From assembly GCA_002269645.1 (NCBI GenBank), contig NIVC01000300.1, positions 248,001 through 312,000 on the forward strand: a stretch of 64,000 nucleotides of DNA. The letters run 5' to 3'. The position numbers and the translations under genes are program-made. The first letter of the stretch is position 1. Each line of letters starts with the position of its first letter. Origin of the DNA: Macrostomum lignano (Eukaryota). The notes beneath the pieces were generated by a model. The model did not search any database, had not been told where the DNA came from, and was given only the letters and a program-made list of their open reading frames with translations. Positions 34,923-48,548 of this stretch are shown in pieces.

Positions 34923-37900
34923 ATGTCTTCTACAAACCCTAACAAGTTATATCAAAAGTTGTTTACTGGGCTCAAGAAGAAATTCTGTTGCAATGAAGTA
35001 GACAATTTGCTTGAATATAGTCGTAAAAGAATCGATAAGAATGATAACAAAAATATAGTGCGTTTTGTCTGTATATCTGATATTCACACACCTAGCAGGA
35101 TAAGAAAAGAAAGGTAAGCCATCATGCTGATGCTACTATAATTCCAAAAAGCCTAAAGGGTGTTTCAAAAGTAATAATAATTTTAATTTTGTAACTTTTG
35201 TCTTGAATATCAATAAGCCTAAGTTAACTTAACTTAAAGTTTTCATTTAGGCCTAGTAATTTAGCAGATTTAGGTTATACTAACCTGGGTTTTTTTATCC
35301 GAAATCCAGTTGCCAAACGGCAACTGGAGCTCAAAATCTATTTGCCAATTGCCATCCTTAGTTGCCAATTGGCAACTGACCTATTTCTTTAGGTTTTCTT
35401 TATAAAGTTGTTTTTGCAACAATTTTCATGTATTAACAAAAATTTGAAAAAAATAATATGCTCAAATCAGCTTAGGCTTCAGGTTTTCAGCCAACCCAAT
35501 CTTAGCAGTAATAAAATGTGACAGACTGTTTTATTATTGGCAACTGCCTTGGTTCAAGTTGGTTGCCAGATTGGCCTCTGATGCCACAAATCCAGTTGCC
35601 AATAGCTCTTTTGGGTAGCCAGTGGCTACCATATGGCCTAAAAAAACCCAGATACTAACATATAGCTTTGCCTTTGGTTTTCAATTTATTAGCCTAACCT
35701 ATATCAGCTATCCTGTAGTTTCGCATGTTAAATTATTTTTTTTGAAAATAATATCTTTTAAGTCATTTTAAGCTTAGTAAGTGACAAAAAAGATAATAAA
35801 GGGTAACAGGGTCCAGGGAGTCCACAGCGTAGATCATGTAGTGCATGCGAGAATTTTCCCACGTGCATTTTCAAAAGTGGCGTGCACCGGCGTAGTGACG
35901 GATCCGAATATTCGGATTCGGAAATTTTTTTTCCGAATATTTCCAAATGTGCTTCTAAAATTCAAATCTAAAATAAATATTACAAATCAAGAAACCAAAG
36001 CATGCAACCTGTTAAATAAAGAAACTAAAAACTAAAAAGAAAGAAAATTAAAAGGCAAAGAGCAAAATCTATCACGTTATTCTTTTTTTCTACGATTGTC
36101 TATTTTTGCAGCAATATATGTTTAAAAAAGGTTAAATAAGTAAATTTACTAAACCTAGGGACCCATAAGACGATAAACCTAAAGTTACAGAAATATTTTG
36201 GTAATTATTGTTTAAGTGTAATAACAGGTTTTTTCAAAATGCAAAATTGCAACTGCATGGGTCACATGGACTGTACGTACGTACAGTAAAATTATCATTA
36301 TTGCACTGTATATATATGTCACTCATTAGCTATAGTCAGTAGTACTAGAATTAGATGTTCATGTAACACGGTAGAAGTAGAACTGAATTTCCTATCTAAG
36401 TCCATCTCTAAATTTGGTTTCGCGATAGACATCAGTAGAGGTTGGACAAGTAGAAGATTTTGGTCATGCATGAATTTTTCAAAGGCAGGCGTGATCGTGA
36501 TTGTGAATTTATATTAGCATACATGTATATTGAGCTCGTAAGTTACAAGTGTTGAAAATAACAAACAAGAAAAGAAATCATACTCGTATATTGATAATAG
36601 CTACTCGGCCGTAATGCTATCAAGTCAACAAATTTAAAATTTGTTAATTCTTTACACATTGTGTTCAACGTTTTTTGGTAAATCAAGTAGAAAAGTTATA
36701 TTTCTAATAAAAACGTAAGCAGAAATTCACAACTGTTGGAACAGGTTTCAACAAAATCACTATCGTGAAAAAATGGTCTTAAATTCACGATTGTGATCAC
36801 ATCCGACCCCTAAGATAAAAGTACAAGTACGAATATAATCCCAGGAGAGATGGAATCTTGTCAGTCAATTTATGTGCGCACTAATTAGATGACGAGACAT
36901 TTTCGTAAATTAAAAGAGTCATAGTTACTCCCGCCGTTTACCTTACACTTTTTGCTTACATTCGGAAACATTCGGATTCGGATTCGGATTTTTTTTGTAC
37001 ATTTGGATTCGGTTTCGGAAACTTGCAAAAATCCACATTCAGTCCATCACTACACCGGCGTGCGATTAGGTAAGTGGCATGCATTTGGCATGCATAATGC
37101 ACACTACATAAATACTAGCGTGCCTGGCGTGCGCCGCGTGCCACGTGCCTGGCACATGATGTGGCAAAGCTGCCAATGCAATGGTAAGCAGACATAAAAT
37201 ATGTATTATTGTATTTAACTTTTGAAAAAAACTATTGTAAATAAACAGTGTATAAGACTGTTAAATAAACTAATGTATGAGAAATACACGTTTTTAAAGA
37301 TAAATCATTTCTTTTGTACATTTCTCCCAAACAGTTTCCCAAACAGTCTCCCAAACAGTTATGCAAACTGAAACAGATACATCAGCAGTGTAATAAATCC
37401 ACTTTTCAGTTGTTTATTCATTTACTGTCTTTTTTAATTTCCTATTTAATTCGTCGTTAATCGTTAGACATTAAGTTCATTTAAAGTGTGTTTATGCTCG
37501 TTTTTCACGCTTTGAAATATCACGCAATTTCAAAAATACTATATCTTTTTACAAAAGGGTCGTTCGCAAATTCTAGGAGGAGCAAAAATTTTAACAATTT
37601 TCCGAACATTTGCTATTGTTACTGCCATATTTAAAATAATAGGACACTTTTATCTGTGAATAAAGATAACTTTTGGGTTGAACTTTATCATGCAAAAGTG
37701 TTTTTAATCATCTGGCGGTATTAAGCGATAATTAGCGATGAAAAAATTCAAATTCAATCATTTCACCGATGTTAATTTTTGATACTACAAGATGTCTGTA
37801 GCTAAAAAAAGTTGTTGTTGTGTTGAAACCTTGCTATATTACATTTAAAATGAAAGCTTATATAAATTTAATTTAAGATTTTTTTAAAGCTTAATAAACT

Positions 37901-40900
37901 GCACTATAAATTATTTTATAGACGCTTAACTGTACGCCTAGCATTTCTGGTGGGATAGCCTCTTCTCATCTCACAAAATGTATTTTTCAGCTGACGTCTA
38001 GAATGTGCGCTTAAAATGATACATTTTGATGCAGATAATTAGAAAAACATGTCTTATTATCTTTTTGTAAAAAATTGTTATGAAATAGAGCACTATTGTT
38101 GATAAAAATAATTAAAAGCAACCATGCATCGCAATAAACTCCTACTTTGAAGCACAAAATAAATATCCTGTAACCACATTAGCATTCTCCATGGAGCACC
38201 TTTTGAGCTGAAATTTTACACAGATATCCAGTAAAGTAAACTGAGCAAATGATTTTTTTGTTTTTGAAAATACTTCAATTTGGCTATGTATCAGTTAGTT
38301 CATTGGACATATTTATTATATTTTTATTAGAATCCTTGTAACCAAGCTACAGAGAAACATGTGCAAAACTGGACCTTGAAATTTGACCTGAATGATCAGC
38401 AAATGTGTATCTCGAAATGATTTTTTTTTGTTTTCATCAAGTCATTCTATGCTAATTTTTTCTGAAGGGAAAGATACCATGTATTTAGAGTCAATAGGGG
38501 AAGCATTTAGACTTATTCAATAGTCATTAAAATTGCAACTATATTATTATAATACAGTAATAATATTATACATGTATTATATAGTAATATTAACTTCTAA
38601 GATGCCCTTATAAATTTAAGTAAAGACAACAGGCCTTAATTAATTAATCAGCATTTTGAAGAAACTGACCTTATACAGATGGGCCCCAAGCTAAGAAATG
38701 AATGTAGAGCTTATTTCGTGTAAGGTATAAAAATCAATTTATTATAATATTAAATACTCCTAATAAATTGGTTAAATTAGTTATTTACCTTGAATTAATT
38801 TAATTTAATAATTAAATATATAAGTTTGTTTCACTTCTTACTGCATTTAAATAGAGTACCTCTCTACTATACTATAGAAGTATAGTAAAAGTATATGGTA
38901 AAAAAGTATAGTAAAAACTTTTCTTTGGTTTAATCCCAGCTTGCCTCAGTTTTTTAGTCTTAATACGAGCTAGATAGTAAGTGTTGATTAATTTGCTCCA
39001 TCACCTTTTGCCACGGAAACAGCACATGTCGGACATGCAACACTCTTCCTGATCCCTGGATCCAAGATGACTGCTTCTGCTTCTTCAATGCTTGAAAACT
39101 GAGCTCATGGAGCTTTAGGTTATGCTGTCAGAGTGCTGCTGCCGGTGCTGTGTGTGTATGTGTGTGTCTTCTGCGGGTAGGTTCCCTGTCCCTCAGTTTA
39201 GCCACTGTTGTGGGCTAACTGGAGGAATTGCCGTTGTCGGTGCTGCAGGTGGCACTGCATGGTAGTATTGACGCTGTCAGTGACGCTGGCAAAGGCTTGG
39301 ACGAAGCTAGGTGCCGTCATTGTCAGGAGGACATGCGTGTGCTGCTTAGACCAGTGCGCACATTCGACTGGACTCGTATCTGGTGCAGTCTGGTGTATTC
39401 ACTGAGATTGTGTGGATCTGCCTCCTCGCATCATCTCAACCAGGCTCAATTTCTTTTGTAGAATTTTCGTGCGCTGCTTAACTGCATCTTGTGCCTGCTG
39501 AGTGATGCCAAGAATTGTGCCACACAATAATTTGGCCCATAAACTACTCGTATATTATACATATGTATGCACAGCACACACACACGCAGTTCATTCATAT
39601 TAAATGTACTAGTTTATTGAATTCTCATCTCATGAGCTCTAGTCTATGGACAAACCTGAAATTACTAGAATATCTAGATAGATCTAAGCTTATTTGAGCA
39701 GCGCGCTGCGCTGCGAGCAAATACATGTAGATTCCTTAGCGCAACTAATTAATAGTGTAGTACAGTCTACAGCCTGAAGTAGCCTGTGTAAGATGCGGAG
39801 GGATGATTTTTGCATAGGAAGCCACTACGGTAAGGTTGATGGAACTATGGGGAGGTGAGAGATTCAAAGCGAGGGACGGAAGCCATGCATAGTTCGATCA
39901 TAAGTTTGATTACTGCATGAGTCTGGGGATGCATTAACGAGAGGCGGACGAGAGCATAGAAATAAAGCGGGCTAAATATATTAATACACAAAATTACATG
40001 TGCTAGCTAGTAATTTCAGAATGGTCAGCGACTCCTCCGATTTGTATCCGCGACCGCGTGCCCACAAATCCCCTGGCAGACCCTGTCGCAGTTGGTGGTT
40101 GTGCACAGAATAAATGTTAATTTTCGAGCTTCTCTGCAAAAAATGCGTGATGCACTCAAGATGCGTGCTAAAGTCTACTTCTTTGATTGATGGCTGGGTT
40201 TTGCCTTTTCGCTTGTGATCATCAAAAGCTTGGGCGTCATTGCTACTGGTGTTTCAGTGTGCGCATTATGTCTGGTTATCATATTATGTGCATGTGCAGT
40301 GTCTTTTACCTACATTTTTGTTTGTCTCTGTTTCCTGCATGCTCTTTCGCATTTTTACACCTCGCACATCCTCATTTTTCTCAATTAACAAGTGAAATCT
40401 TTTCTTAAAGACTAATTGCTATTTCAGTTAAGCTAGTAGGTTTTTGGTAATTAAATAATTCAATTTTGTCTATTTTCCAAAAAGTTTCAAAAAATGAATT
40501 AATAAAAATAAATTTGAATTATTTTAAGTTAATTGGAGTAAAATGTCTAATAAGTAACCATAATTTTTTATTTTAAGTACATGTAGCTTTGGTATAAGTA
40601 TTAATGTAATGAGTACTTAAAGTAAAATCAAGCAAGTTATAGTTTTCAGAAATTATGCTACAAATAATCAAATATATACTAGTATCCGAATTCCTTTATT
40701 AAGGAACATGCAGTCGATATTAAATCCACAATTTGCTTTTTGGTTTTCAAGGATAGTTCCCTGACTTTTTCTATTATTAGTTAGATTTTATTATATTTAA
40801 TGTAAAAATGAACAATTCTATTCAAGGTAAAAATGAACATTCTTTATTTGTCGAATCATCTTGCCTTTGAAAAGATACATAGTGAAAACTTGATTTTTAA

Positions 40901-43900
40901 TTCAACCTTTCAAGACTTATTTAGACTTCTTAATTCAGTGATTAGTTAAACTGATCGAAGTTCTTTCGAGTGCATGCTATAATAATTTCGCACTTTTTCG
41001 CACACGATAATTTTAAATGTCTGGGATTTAGAGCAGAGTAACAAAATGCTGTGCTCAAAAACATTTCCTTTGTCAATTTCTTGTTCTTTTATTTTTGCAA
41101 AAGAAATTTAACTGCATATTTAAAATAAAAATGGAAGAACATTTTATTTTCTGTTTAATATTTTTGTCGTTTATTTTCCGCAACAAAGAATAACAAATAG
41201 CCTTGATTTCTTCTCAATTTCAAGTTTTCTTGTGGTTTTAGTAGCAGCTTCTTACAGAAATTGTCGAAAGAATTTTTTTTGTACGATTATTGGTCGATGT
41301 ATAAACTTTTTTTGCAATAACAAAAAGTTGTGACCTAGCTTTGAGAACGACCCAAAAATGCCTATTATTGAGAACAATCCTTAATTTTACTATATATTTG
41401 TTATATTGACAAAATAATATTTAACTACCTTTTTCTCTTTCTGAATCACATTTTAGAATAATCGTTTTGCATTAAGGTCATATATATACAACATCGATTT
41501 TCTATTTTTCCCTGCTTAGAATCTTGCTGCTCCGTCGTTAGTCGTTAATCGGCTGAAAAAAACTGTAAAAAAATTCTTGATGCTCTTTCAAATACCTTAC
41601 TTAATACAAATATCGTGCAGTACTCGTTTTCAGCGATCGTGTAAATTTTAACCTTTTGAATAAATACTAAATAAATTAGATTATACTGGCATAACAGGCT
41701 CCTTAAGCCTGAGCCAAATTTACTACTACTTTACTTTACTTTACATCATTTGTTGCTTTGTTTTACACAATGCAATTCAAAATATGTTTTTGTCTTCAAT
41801 TTGAATTTGAATTTATCGTTTTTTGTATTGAATCTATTGATTAATCATCAATCATATTCATAATTGATTAAATTGATTAACTGATTTCTATTATTACAGT
41901 TTTAGTAGTGGTTATGGTTAGGGTGTTTTAAGTTTTGTTATTTGTTGTTACCTGTGGTTAGTAGTCCTTGTCCTAGTAGGCGTGCATTGGCATGCATTCA
42001 CTTGTCGTCGGCGTGCTTTTGGGAATTAGCTTTGGGTCGTTTCTCGCGTGCACTTAGCATGATCCACACTATGGCAGGGAGTAAGATAAACATGGAAGCA
42101 ACTGTCTAATTTTGTTAGTCTGCAATTGAAACGGATTAAAATGGATAATAATGCGACACCCAATAGAGGAAGTTCCCGAAAGTCTTGTTTGAGAAGAGGC
42201 GCCACCAGAGGTACTCCTGTAGGTGTGACTCAAACAGTCCATTAGATGTACCGTGCATCTGGTGAAATTTGGCCTTTACGTGAGCCCATATGCCCTCAAT
42301 GGTGTTAGTGTGGACAGTTTTACAATATACATTTATTTATCTATTTATATACTTTATATATTAAACTACTTCAGGACTGGTGAAGTTAAACAAATTGGAT
42401 CAAAGAATGCATTTAATGAAGAATGGAACTTAGACCATTAGTCTTAGCCGCATGGCCAGATATACTATATAGAACTTTTAGTTAAGCTAGGATAAAGCTT
42501 ATTAGACAACTAGAAGTTCTTAACTTGTTTATTTACTAGTTGGATAGGCCTAACTTCATCTTATTTATATTAGACTTTATATGTTCAAATTAATTTTTTA
42601 GTTTTTTTAATAAGTCAAGTTGTATTTGTATTTTAGGCCTTATATTTTATTTTAGTATTATATTTTAGCTAAAATATATTCAAACTTAATTATATAATAA
42701 AATTATAATAGACAAAAACCTTAGGTTAGGGCTTGACAAACTCTGGCCCATATGCCACAACAACATCAACAACAAAGTACACTGGATAGTCTCTAGTGTC
42801 ACAGGGTGTATTTTAAGGCCAGAGTGCAAACATAGGCTGCTCTGCTGCCCTGGGGTGCTGGCATCAGCCAGTAGGCAGTTGACAAAATGCCGAGTACATG
42901 CCTGTTCTCGCCAGTAGGGTGCCTACAGTGTGAGCAGCAGCACCTCCTGCACTGGCTGTGGGCAGTACAACTCGGCGCAGATGATATGACCTGCCAGCTG
43001 GAGTCGCTGACGGCGCAGCAAGTCACTTGGATGGGCCAGGCCAGCGCGGCAATAGAGTGCCAGTGCCACATTGGTGACTCGCTCATCGCTGATCTTGAAG
43101 GCGGCGTGCAGCAAGCCAGCATGCGCCGCATCGACTTGATGTTCGAGCGAGTCTGTCAGCGTCCAGGTCTCGGCATTGTAAAGCAGGACGGTTTCGACTA
43201 CCGCCTGGAACAATGCCGCCCTCTGGCAGTCCAGAAGGGCCTCAGACTGCAGGACTGCCCTCACAGAGCGGAAGGCAGCCCAGGCAAGCCTGCAGCGATG
43301 ACGCAGATCCTCACGTACGTCGGGGACCAGACCACCGAGGTAGACAAACTGCTGACATTGCGGAAGTTCCGTTGCCTGTCCGTCAGTGCCTCGGCATAGG
43401 ATAGCAGCCTCGATGTCGTCCGGCATGCACAGCATGACGGTCTTCTGCACGTTGATCATCAGGCCGACACTCGCCGCAACAGCAACCAGTCGATCAAGCT
43501 GTCGCTGGGCGCCCTCAACGGTAGAGGACAGCAGGGCGAGATCGTCGGCGTAACCAAGCACGCTGAGTCGCCTCTGCGGTTGAAGTCGACCCACGCGTCG
43601 CCGCAGCAGGAAGCCATCGTTGTTGGAGGGAAGTGCAGTCTGCAGCACTTAGTCAAGCACCAGCACGAACAAGAACGGCGCTAGCGTATCTCCTTGAAGA
43701 ACCCCCGAGGAAGTCTCGAAGAAATCCGATAGGCCGTCCGGCGTTGTCACAGCAGCTTTCGTGTCGCGGTACATCGCCATGATGGCGGAAACCAGCTGCT
43801 CTGGCACGTTGTACGCACGGAGCACCATTGGGAGCGCAGCCCTGACAACCGAGTCGAACGCCTTCTTGAAATCAACAAAGATGACAATCAGGATCGACTG

Positions 43901-46900
43901 GCGTCCGCGCCTCCTCGATGACTCGGTGAAGAGCCAGGATCTGCGTCACTGTGCTGCGATGGGGTCGGAAGCCGTTCTGCTCTGGGCGCAGGCACGGATC
44001 CAGCACCGGCTGTAACCGCGATAACAGCAGGCGGTTGAACAGCTTCGCAGCGCAGGACTGAAAGCAGATGTCTCGATGCTCTTCAAGCCTCGTGGTGCCC
44101 GGCTTCTTAGGAACTGCGACGATGTGTGCCGTGGTCCATTCGTTGAACGCCGCCTCACCGGAAAGCACTCGATTCATCAATCTGGCGACCTCACTGGCCA
44201 CACAGTGGATGCGCAGTGCTTCGATGGGCACCTCGTCCGGACCCAGCGCCTTGCCGCCCGGTGACAGCTGGGCGAGCTTCACAACGTCGGCTGTGCTGAC
44301 TGGGGCTACACTGAAACTCTCCTCTGCCGGCAACGGCGTCTCCGGCGGCAGCGTCAGGTTATCCAGCAGCAGGGGTGGCGGCGCGTTGACGATGGCGGCG
44401 AAAAACTCACGAAGCTCATTTCTGCGCTCATCCGCAGTGTCGCCTGCCAGGTTTAGCGCCAAGCGCCGTTTTCGTCCCGTCAGAGCATTGATGGCAGACC
44501 AGGCCACGCGCCCTCTGGCATCGGGCCCAGCAGCAGAGACGGCCTGAATAGCGTCGTCGACAGCGGCCTGCTGGCGCTTGAGATAGATAGCCGCCAGTAC
44601 ATTCTCTGCTTCGCGGGTTGGCTGTCTGCTCAGACGGAGCCTCTCCACCTCCTCCTTCGCTTGCCGAATCTCGGGGTCGTCCTGCCAGACCGGCTGCCCG
44701 CGCTGGGCCGGTTGCATCAGCGGGACTGCTTGCTCTGCGGCGGCCCGAACTGCAGCGCACACATCCGCGTACTCAGCACCTCCACGCTTGCCGCCAAGCG
44801 CAGTGATGAAAGCGCTGGCAAAGCGGCGATGCGTGTTGGCGTCCCTCGGCGCGCGGTAGTAGCGCCGCGGTGGCCGCTTCGGCGGACGGTAGAGCTGATC
44901 GCGAAGTCGAAGTTTGCATATAAGCAGACGGTGATCGGACCGCAGAGCCAGCGGCGTGATGGCGCGGCAGTTGGCGGCGCGACGGTGCTTACGAAAGCGC
45001 AATAGCACGTGGTCGAGCTGTGCCTGCCTTCGTGTTGCGTTCCGCCTGCGCGCGTTCCGCCGCCCCCTCTTGCAGCCCACGAAAGTCGCGAGCCCGCCCG
45101 TTGACTTGCGGAAGCGGGTGTTGGCCGACACCATGTCCTGCCTCTCCAGGAAGTCCTCCAGCGCTCCGGTGTTGCCGTTCTTGCGCGGTGTCACGAACAG
45201 CGACCGCTCGGACCTACGCAGGACCGCGTTCAGGTCTCCGAGAACAGCCACTGTGTCACGCTGCGCCATAGCCTCCACCTGCACCGAGAGCTGCTCAAAG
45301 AAGGTCTGAGCCTCATCAGGGGGGGGGGGTGGCAAGGGGCGCGTACGCGCAGAACAGGCGAGCGTTCCGGCCGCGAAGCCGAACGTCGACCCGAAGCAGC
45401 CGAGGGGACAGGGAGATGCAGTGACAGCTCTGCTGCAGCCTCGGTCCGATCAGCACTCCAACTATTCCACGACCTCGTTCGTCCGCCGATGTGTAGTGAA
45501 GCGTCCACCCGGCGCCCAAGTCCTCACATTAAAGTCCCGGGTCGGCCTTGATGGACACCTCCTGCAGAGCAATGACATCACAGCTAAGGTCGAGCGCTAG
45601 CTTCGCTCGATGCTGTTGAGCCTCACGGTCCCCGGCGCCACCCGGAAGATCCGTCTGGACCAATGCAGAAGCAGCTCGGCGGGCGGCTCCACGCCGTCGG
45701 CCTCGCCGGTTTCGCTCACGTCGACGCTCAACACGCCGGCGTTTGCTCCGCTGCCCCCGTTTAGTCCTGCCCCTGTTGGCCGCCGCAGCAGTTAAGCGCG
45801 GCTCTCCGCCCAGACCACTTGGAGGTCGCGACATCTATCTGTCTGCACCAAGGTGCAAATAAATTAGGACTGCAAATCAATTAGGACCATGCCACATATG
45901 GTCTATGAAGCCTCTCAATCTGGCCCTCAGGTCCTTTAAAACTTTGCAATAGCAATCTAGCCTGCTTAAGGTTTGTGTCTTCTTTTGCAGTTCTTCTCTC
46001 TCCCCTTACCTTTCTCCCCATGTCTCCTTTTCTATCTCGCCTCATCTTTCTCTCCTCTCTTCATATCTCTCCTCTCACCTCTCTTTGCTTTCCTCCTTTT
46101 TCCTTGTCTCTTCTCTCCCCTCCCTCCCTTCTCTACTCTCCCATTTTCTGTCATCTTACCTAATAATACTTTGTCCTTTCTACTTTCCTCTCTCATTTCC
46201 TTTCCATGGCCTGCTGCCATGAATTGTATTTTCTATCTGGCCTTGAGGTAGAAACTTCTACCTCATGAATTATATACCTGCCTTAGGTATATAATTCATC
46301 AAGTTTATCCAAAGAAAGCTAATCCCACATAATATGATAAACTAATTGATGGTAAATTTATATCAAAATCTTAGATGAAAAAATATTAGGTCTAGTCAGC
46401 TAATTACCCAAATATTATCCAAGTTTAGTATAATAAACAAACCTATGCTAATTTAGAATTCATTAAGTGCAAAGAAAACATATAGAAAGTCTATATAAAT
46501 TAACAATACATCTCTAGGCAAGCAGTGTAAAATATACATTGTTTATCATTAGCCTTGTTATGCCTGTGGTAAGCAACTGCCCAATAAGATAGAGTTGATG
46601 AAAAGGATGTTAAACTTTTGATTATTAAAAATCAATCAAAATTTAAGATTTTGTAAGAACGAGATTAACTTTGCCAAATCGACCTGCTGGTCACTTTCAC
46701 GTTCCTCTAATTTACATTCCTCTATTCAATTCCTACTCGACCAAGGATCCCGTGGCAGTTCCCTCAAGGCGACGTGCTGCTGGTGGCTGGCGACCTCACC
46801 ATGCGCGGATCCGCCAGGGAGGTGAGCCAGGTGGTTGACTGGCTGCGCGACACCCCCTACTCTCACCGGGTGGTCATTGCTGGCAATCACGATTTCTGCC

Positions 46901-48131
46901 TGGACCCGCAAGATGATGACTACTCGCCTGAGGCTGAGGCGGCCCTGCAGCGCGAGTGTATTTACCTAAGAGATTCCAGTGTTGTCCTGTTTGACAGCTT
47001 GAAGATTTATGGCTCACCTGTGACACCAGAGTTTCACAGCATGGCCTTCAATGTGGCCAGGGGCAGCGACATTGAACAGGTTAGCGCTTTTAGGACTGTA
47101 CAATGCAATAAAAGAGTTGTCATGTAAAATGGGTGCCAGCATTAGCTGGGGTAATTAAGGGTGTGTGGCTACCTCCCAGTCCTTGGACTGAACAGCCGTA
47201 CGCAGCCTTCAGATGCGCTGCGCAATAGCTGCGGCTGAGCTGTCGGTGCACATCTGGCCCAATTGAACCAGATGTAATCAATTATTATTCATGTTTTTTA
47301 AACCTTTTATACCGTTGCTTACCTGTACGAGCTTAATTACCGGCAAAACAAGAAACAGTATTTGTTATAACCGATTATTAAAACTAATACATGATTCGCT
47401 GAGCATACGGCATCGTTAGGTAACACTTGAGAGCATAGGAAAGTGGAGCAGAACTGAGAGAGTCAATGAGTCAGACCAATTTATAGATCCGGCCGGCTGG
47501 CAAGGGGCCCAGCCAAAGTAAGTCCCAAAGATTCACAGTCGGAAAATAGACGTAGTACTAGTTAGATGACGAGTCATTTAGCCTTAAATTCTACAGTCAT
47601 AGTTACTCCTGCTGTGTACCCTAAATCTCACGTTAATTTTGTTTGTTTTTCATGGGTAAGTCGCATTTTTATCAAAAAGTAAGCCGCACGGCTGTTGTAA
47701 ATCTGGGGTTTGCGCAAGGCTCCCAAGATAAACGATTGGCCGTGCTGTTTCATGCGATCGATGATTTATGAATTGCTCTGGCTCGGCCCCAACAGGTTTG
47801 GTCTAGCATCCCGGAGGACACGGACATCCTGCTCACCCACGGGCCGCCGCTGGGCCATGGCGACCTCGTTCACAACGGCATTCGGGCGGGCTGCGCGGAC
47901 CTCCTGATGCGGGTGAGCCAGGTGAGGCCAGCCTATCACGTGTTCGGCCACATTCACGAGGCCTACGGCGTCACTACGGACGGCTACACAGCGTTTGTGA
48001 ATGCGGCCTGCTGCAACCTGCGCTACTTCCTGGAGCACCAGCCGCTGGTGTTCGAGTTCGCCGTTGCCGAGCCGCAACAGAAGCCCTCTCTGGATGAGCA
48101 GCTCGAGTCCGGCCTGTCTTTGGGGAACTAG
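34923..48131 (+). CDS. MPPED: MPPED1/2-like calcineurin-family metallophosphoesterase, 3 exons (34923-35113, 46746-47079, 47796-48131), 286 aa
   Basis: Motifs in order: RFVCISDIH (exon 1), GDVLLVAGDLT and VIAGNHD (exon 2), LLTHGPP and HVFGHIHE (exon 3). Donors GTAAGC at 35114 and GTTAGC at 47080; acceptors AG at 46744-45 and 47794-95. Phases 2/2 and 0/0 match and the spliced length is 861 nt. Confidence 0.9.
35285..35651. mobile_element. hAT-type MITE, 367 bp
   Basis: TIR CTGGGTTTTTTTA / TAAAAAAACCCAG; 8-bp TSD ATACTAAC (35277-35284, 35652-35659); subterminal GTTGCC/GGCAAC motifs. Confidence 0.85.
35893..37052. mobile_element. hAT-type non-autonomous element, 1,160 bp
   Basis: Imperfect TIR TAGTGACGGA / TCCATCACTA; 8-bp TSD CACCGGCG (35885-35892, 37053-37060); subterminal ATTCGG repeats at both ends. 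Confidence 0.85.
42760..45878 (-). mobile_element. Decayed RTE-clade LINE (APE + RT) inside MPPED intron 1, antisense
   Basis: APE motifs VIALQEV, AYAP, VLGDLNA; RT motifs QNGFRPHRST, GVLQGDTLAPFLF, LGYADDLALL, FVYLG; several frameshifts and stops; (GTT)n-like 3' tail near 42760; candidate 8-bp TSD ATGCCACA (42752-42759, 45879-45886). Confidence 0.9.
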
Positions 48132-48548
48132 TAGCCTGCAATGAGTCTTATTGATTGGCAATATTAGCTATCAAATCATGTTCTTTCATAGATTTTCCGG
48201 CTTGAAAACTGATGCATTGATTGATTGATTGATGTATTGACAATACGATTGGCTGCCGGGGAATAGGCTGAGTCAGTTTCATTGACAGCTGTACTGTGCC
48301 CTGTGACCAGCTTATTAGTTCACTGTGGACAGCAGGTTTGTTTAGATAAGTTGAGATTTTCCTGCATTCTCTTTCACGTTTGTTTTGCTGAAGCGTAAAA
48401 TTTCACAGGAATACCATGTGCCTGCTAAAAGTTATGAGCATTTCAAAACTGTACACAAGAAATGTCTGTCTAACACGATTTTGAAGTTTGCACTTTTTGA
48501 CGTAAGCAAAACGGCATACGCTCTGATTGGTGTCAAAAAGCGTCCTGG

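Noticed and set aside
39000-39920. Possible decayed MADF/Myb-SANT (Harbinger ORF2-like) coding remnant on the - strand
   Set aside because: Only a faint PSL*-type motif across broken frames; cannot be supported by eye.
482-43651. Non-standard genetic code (TAA read as sense), because in-frame TAA interrupts the giant gene (482), Crypton (24240), Gypsy protease (29356) and RTE (43649)
   Set aside because: NME5 ends in TAA at the position expected from homologues, and the interrupted codons correspond to different expected residues (Gln-like versus Trp in RTE). Decay or sequence error explains them better.
36885-47615. Shared ~50-bp motif TAGATGACGAG...AGTCATAGTTACTCC at ~36885 and ~47563
   Set aside because: Most likely two fragments of an ordinary dispersed repeat; too short and diverged to classify.
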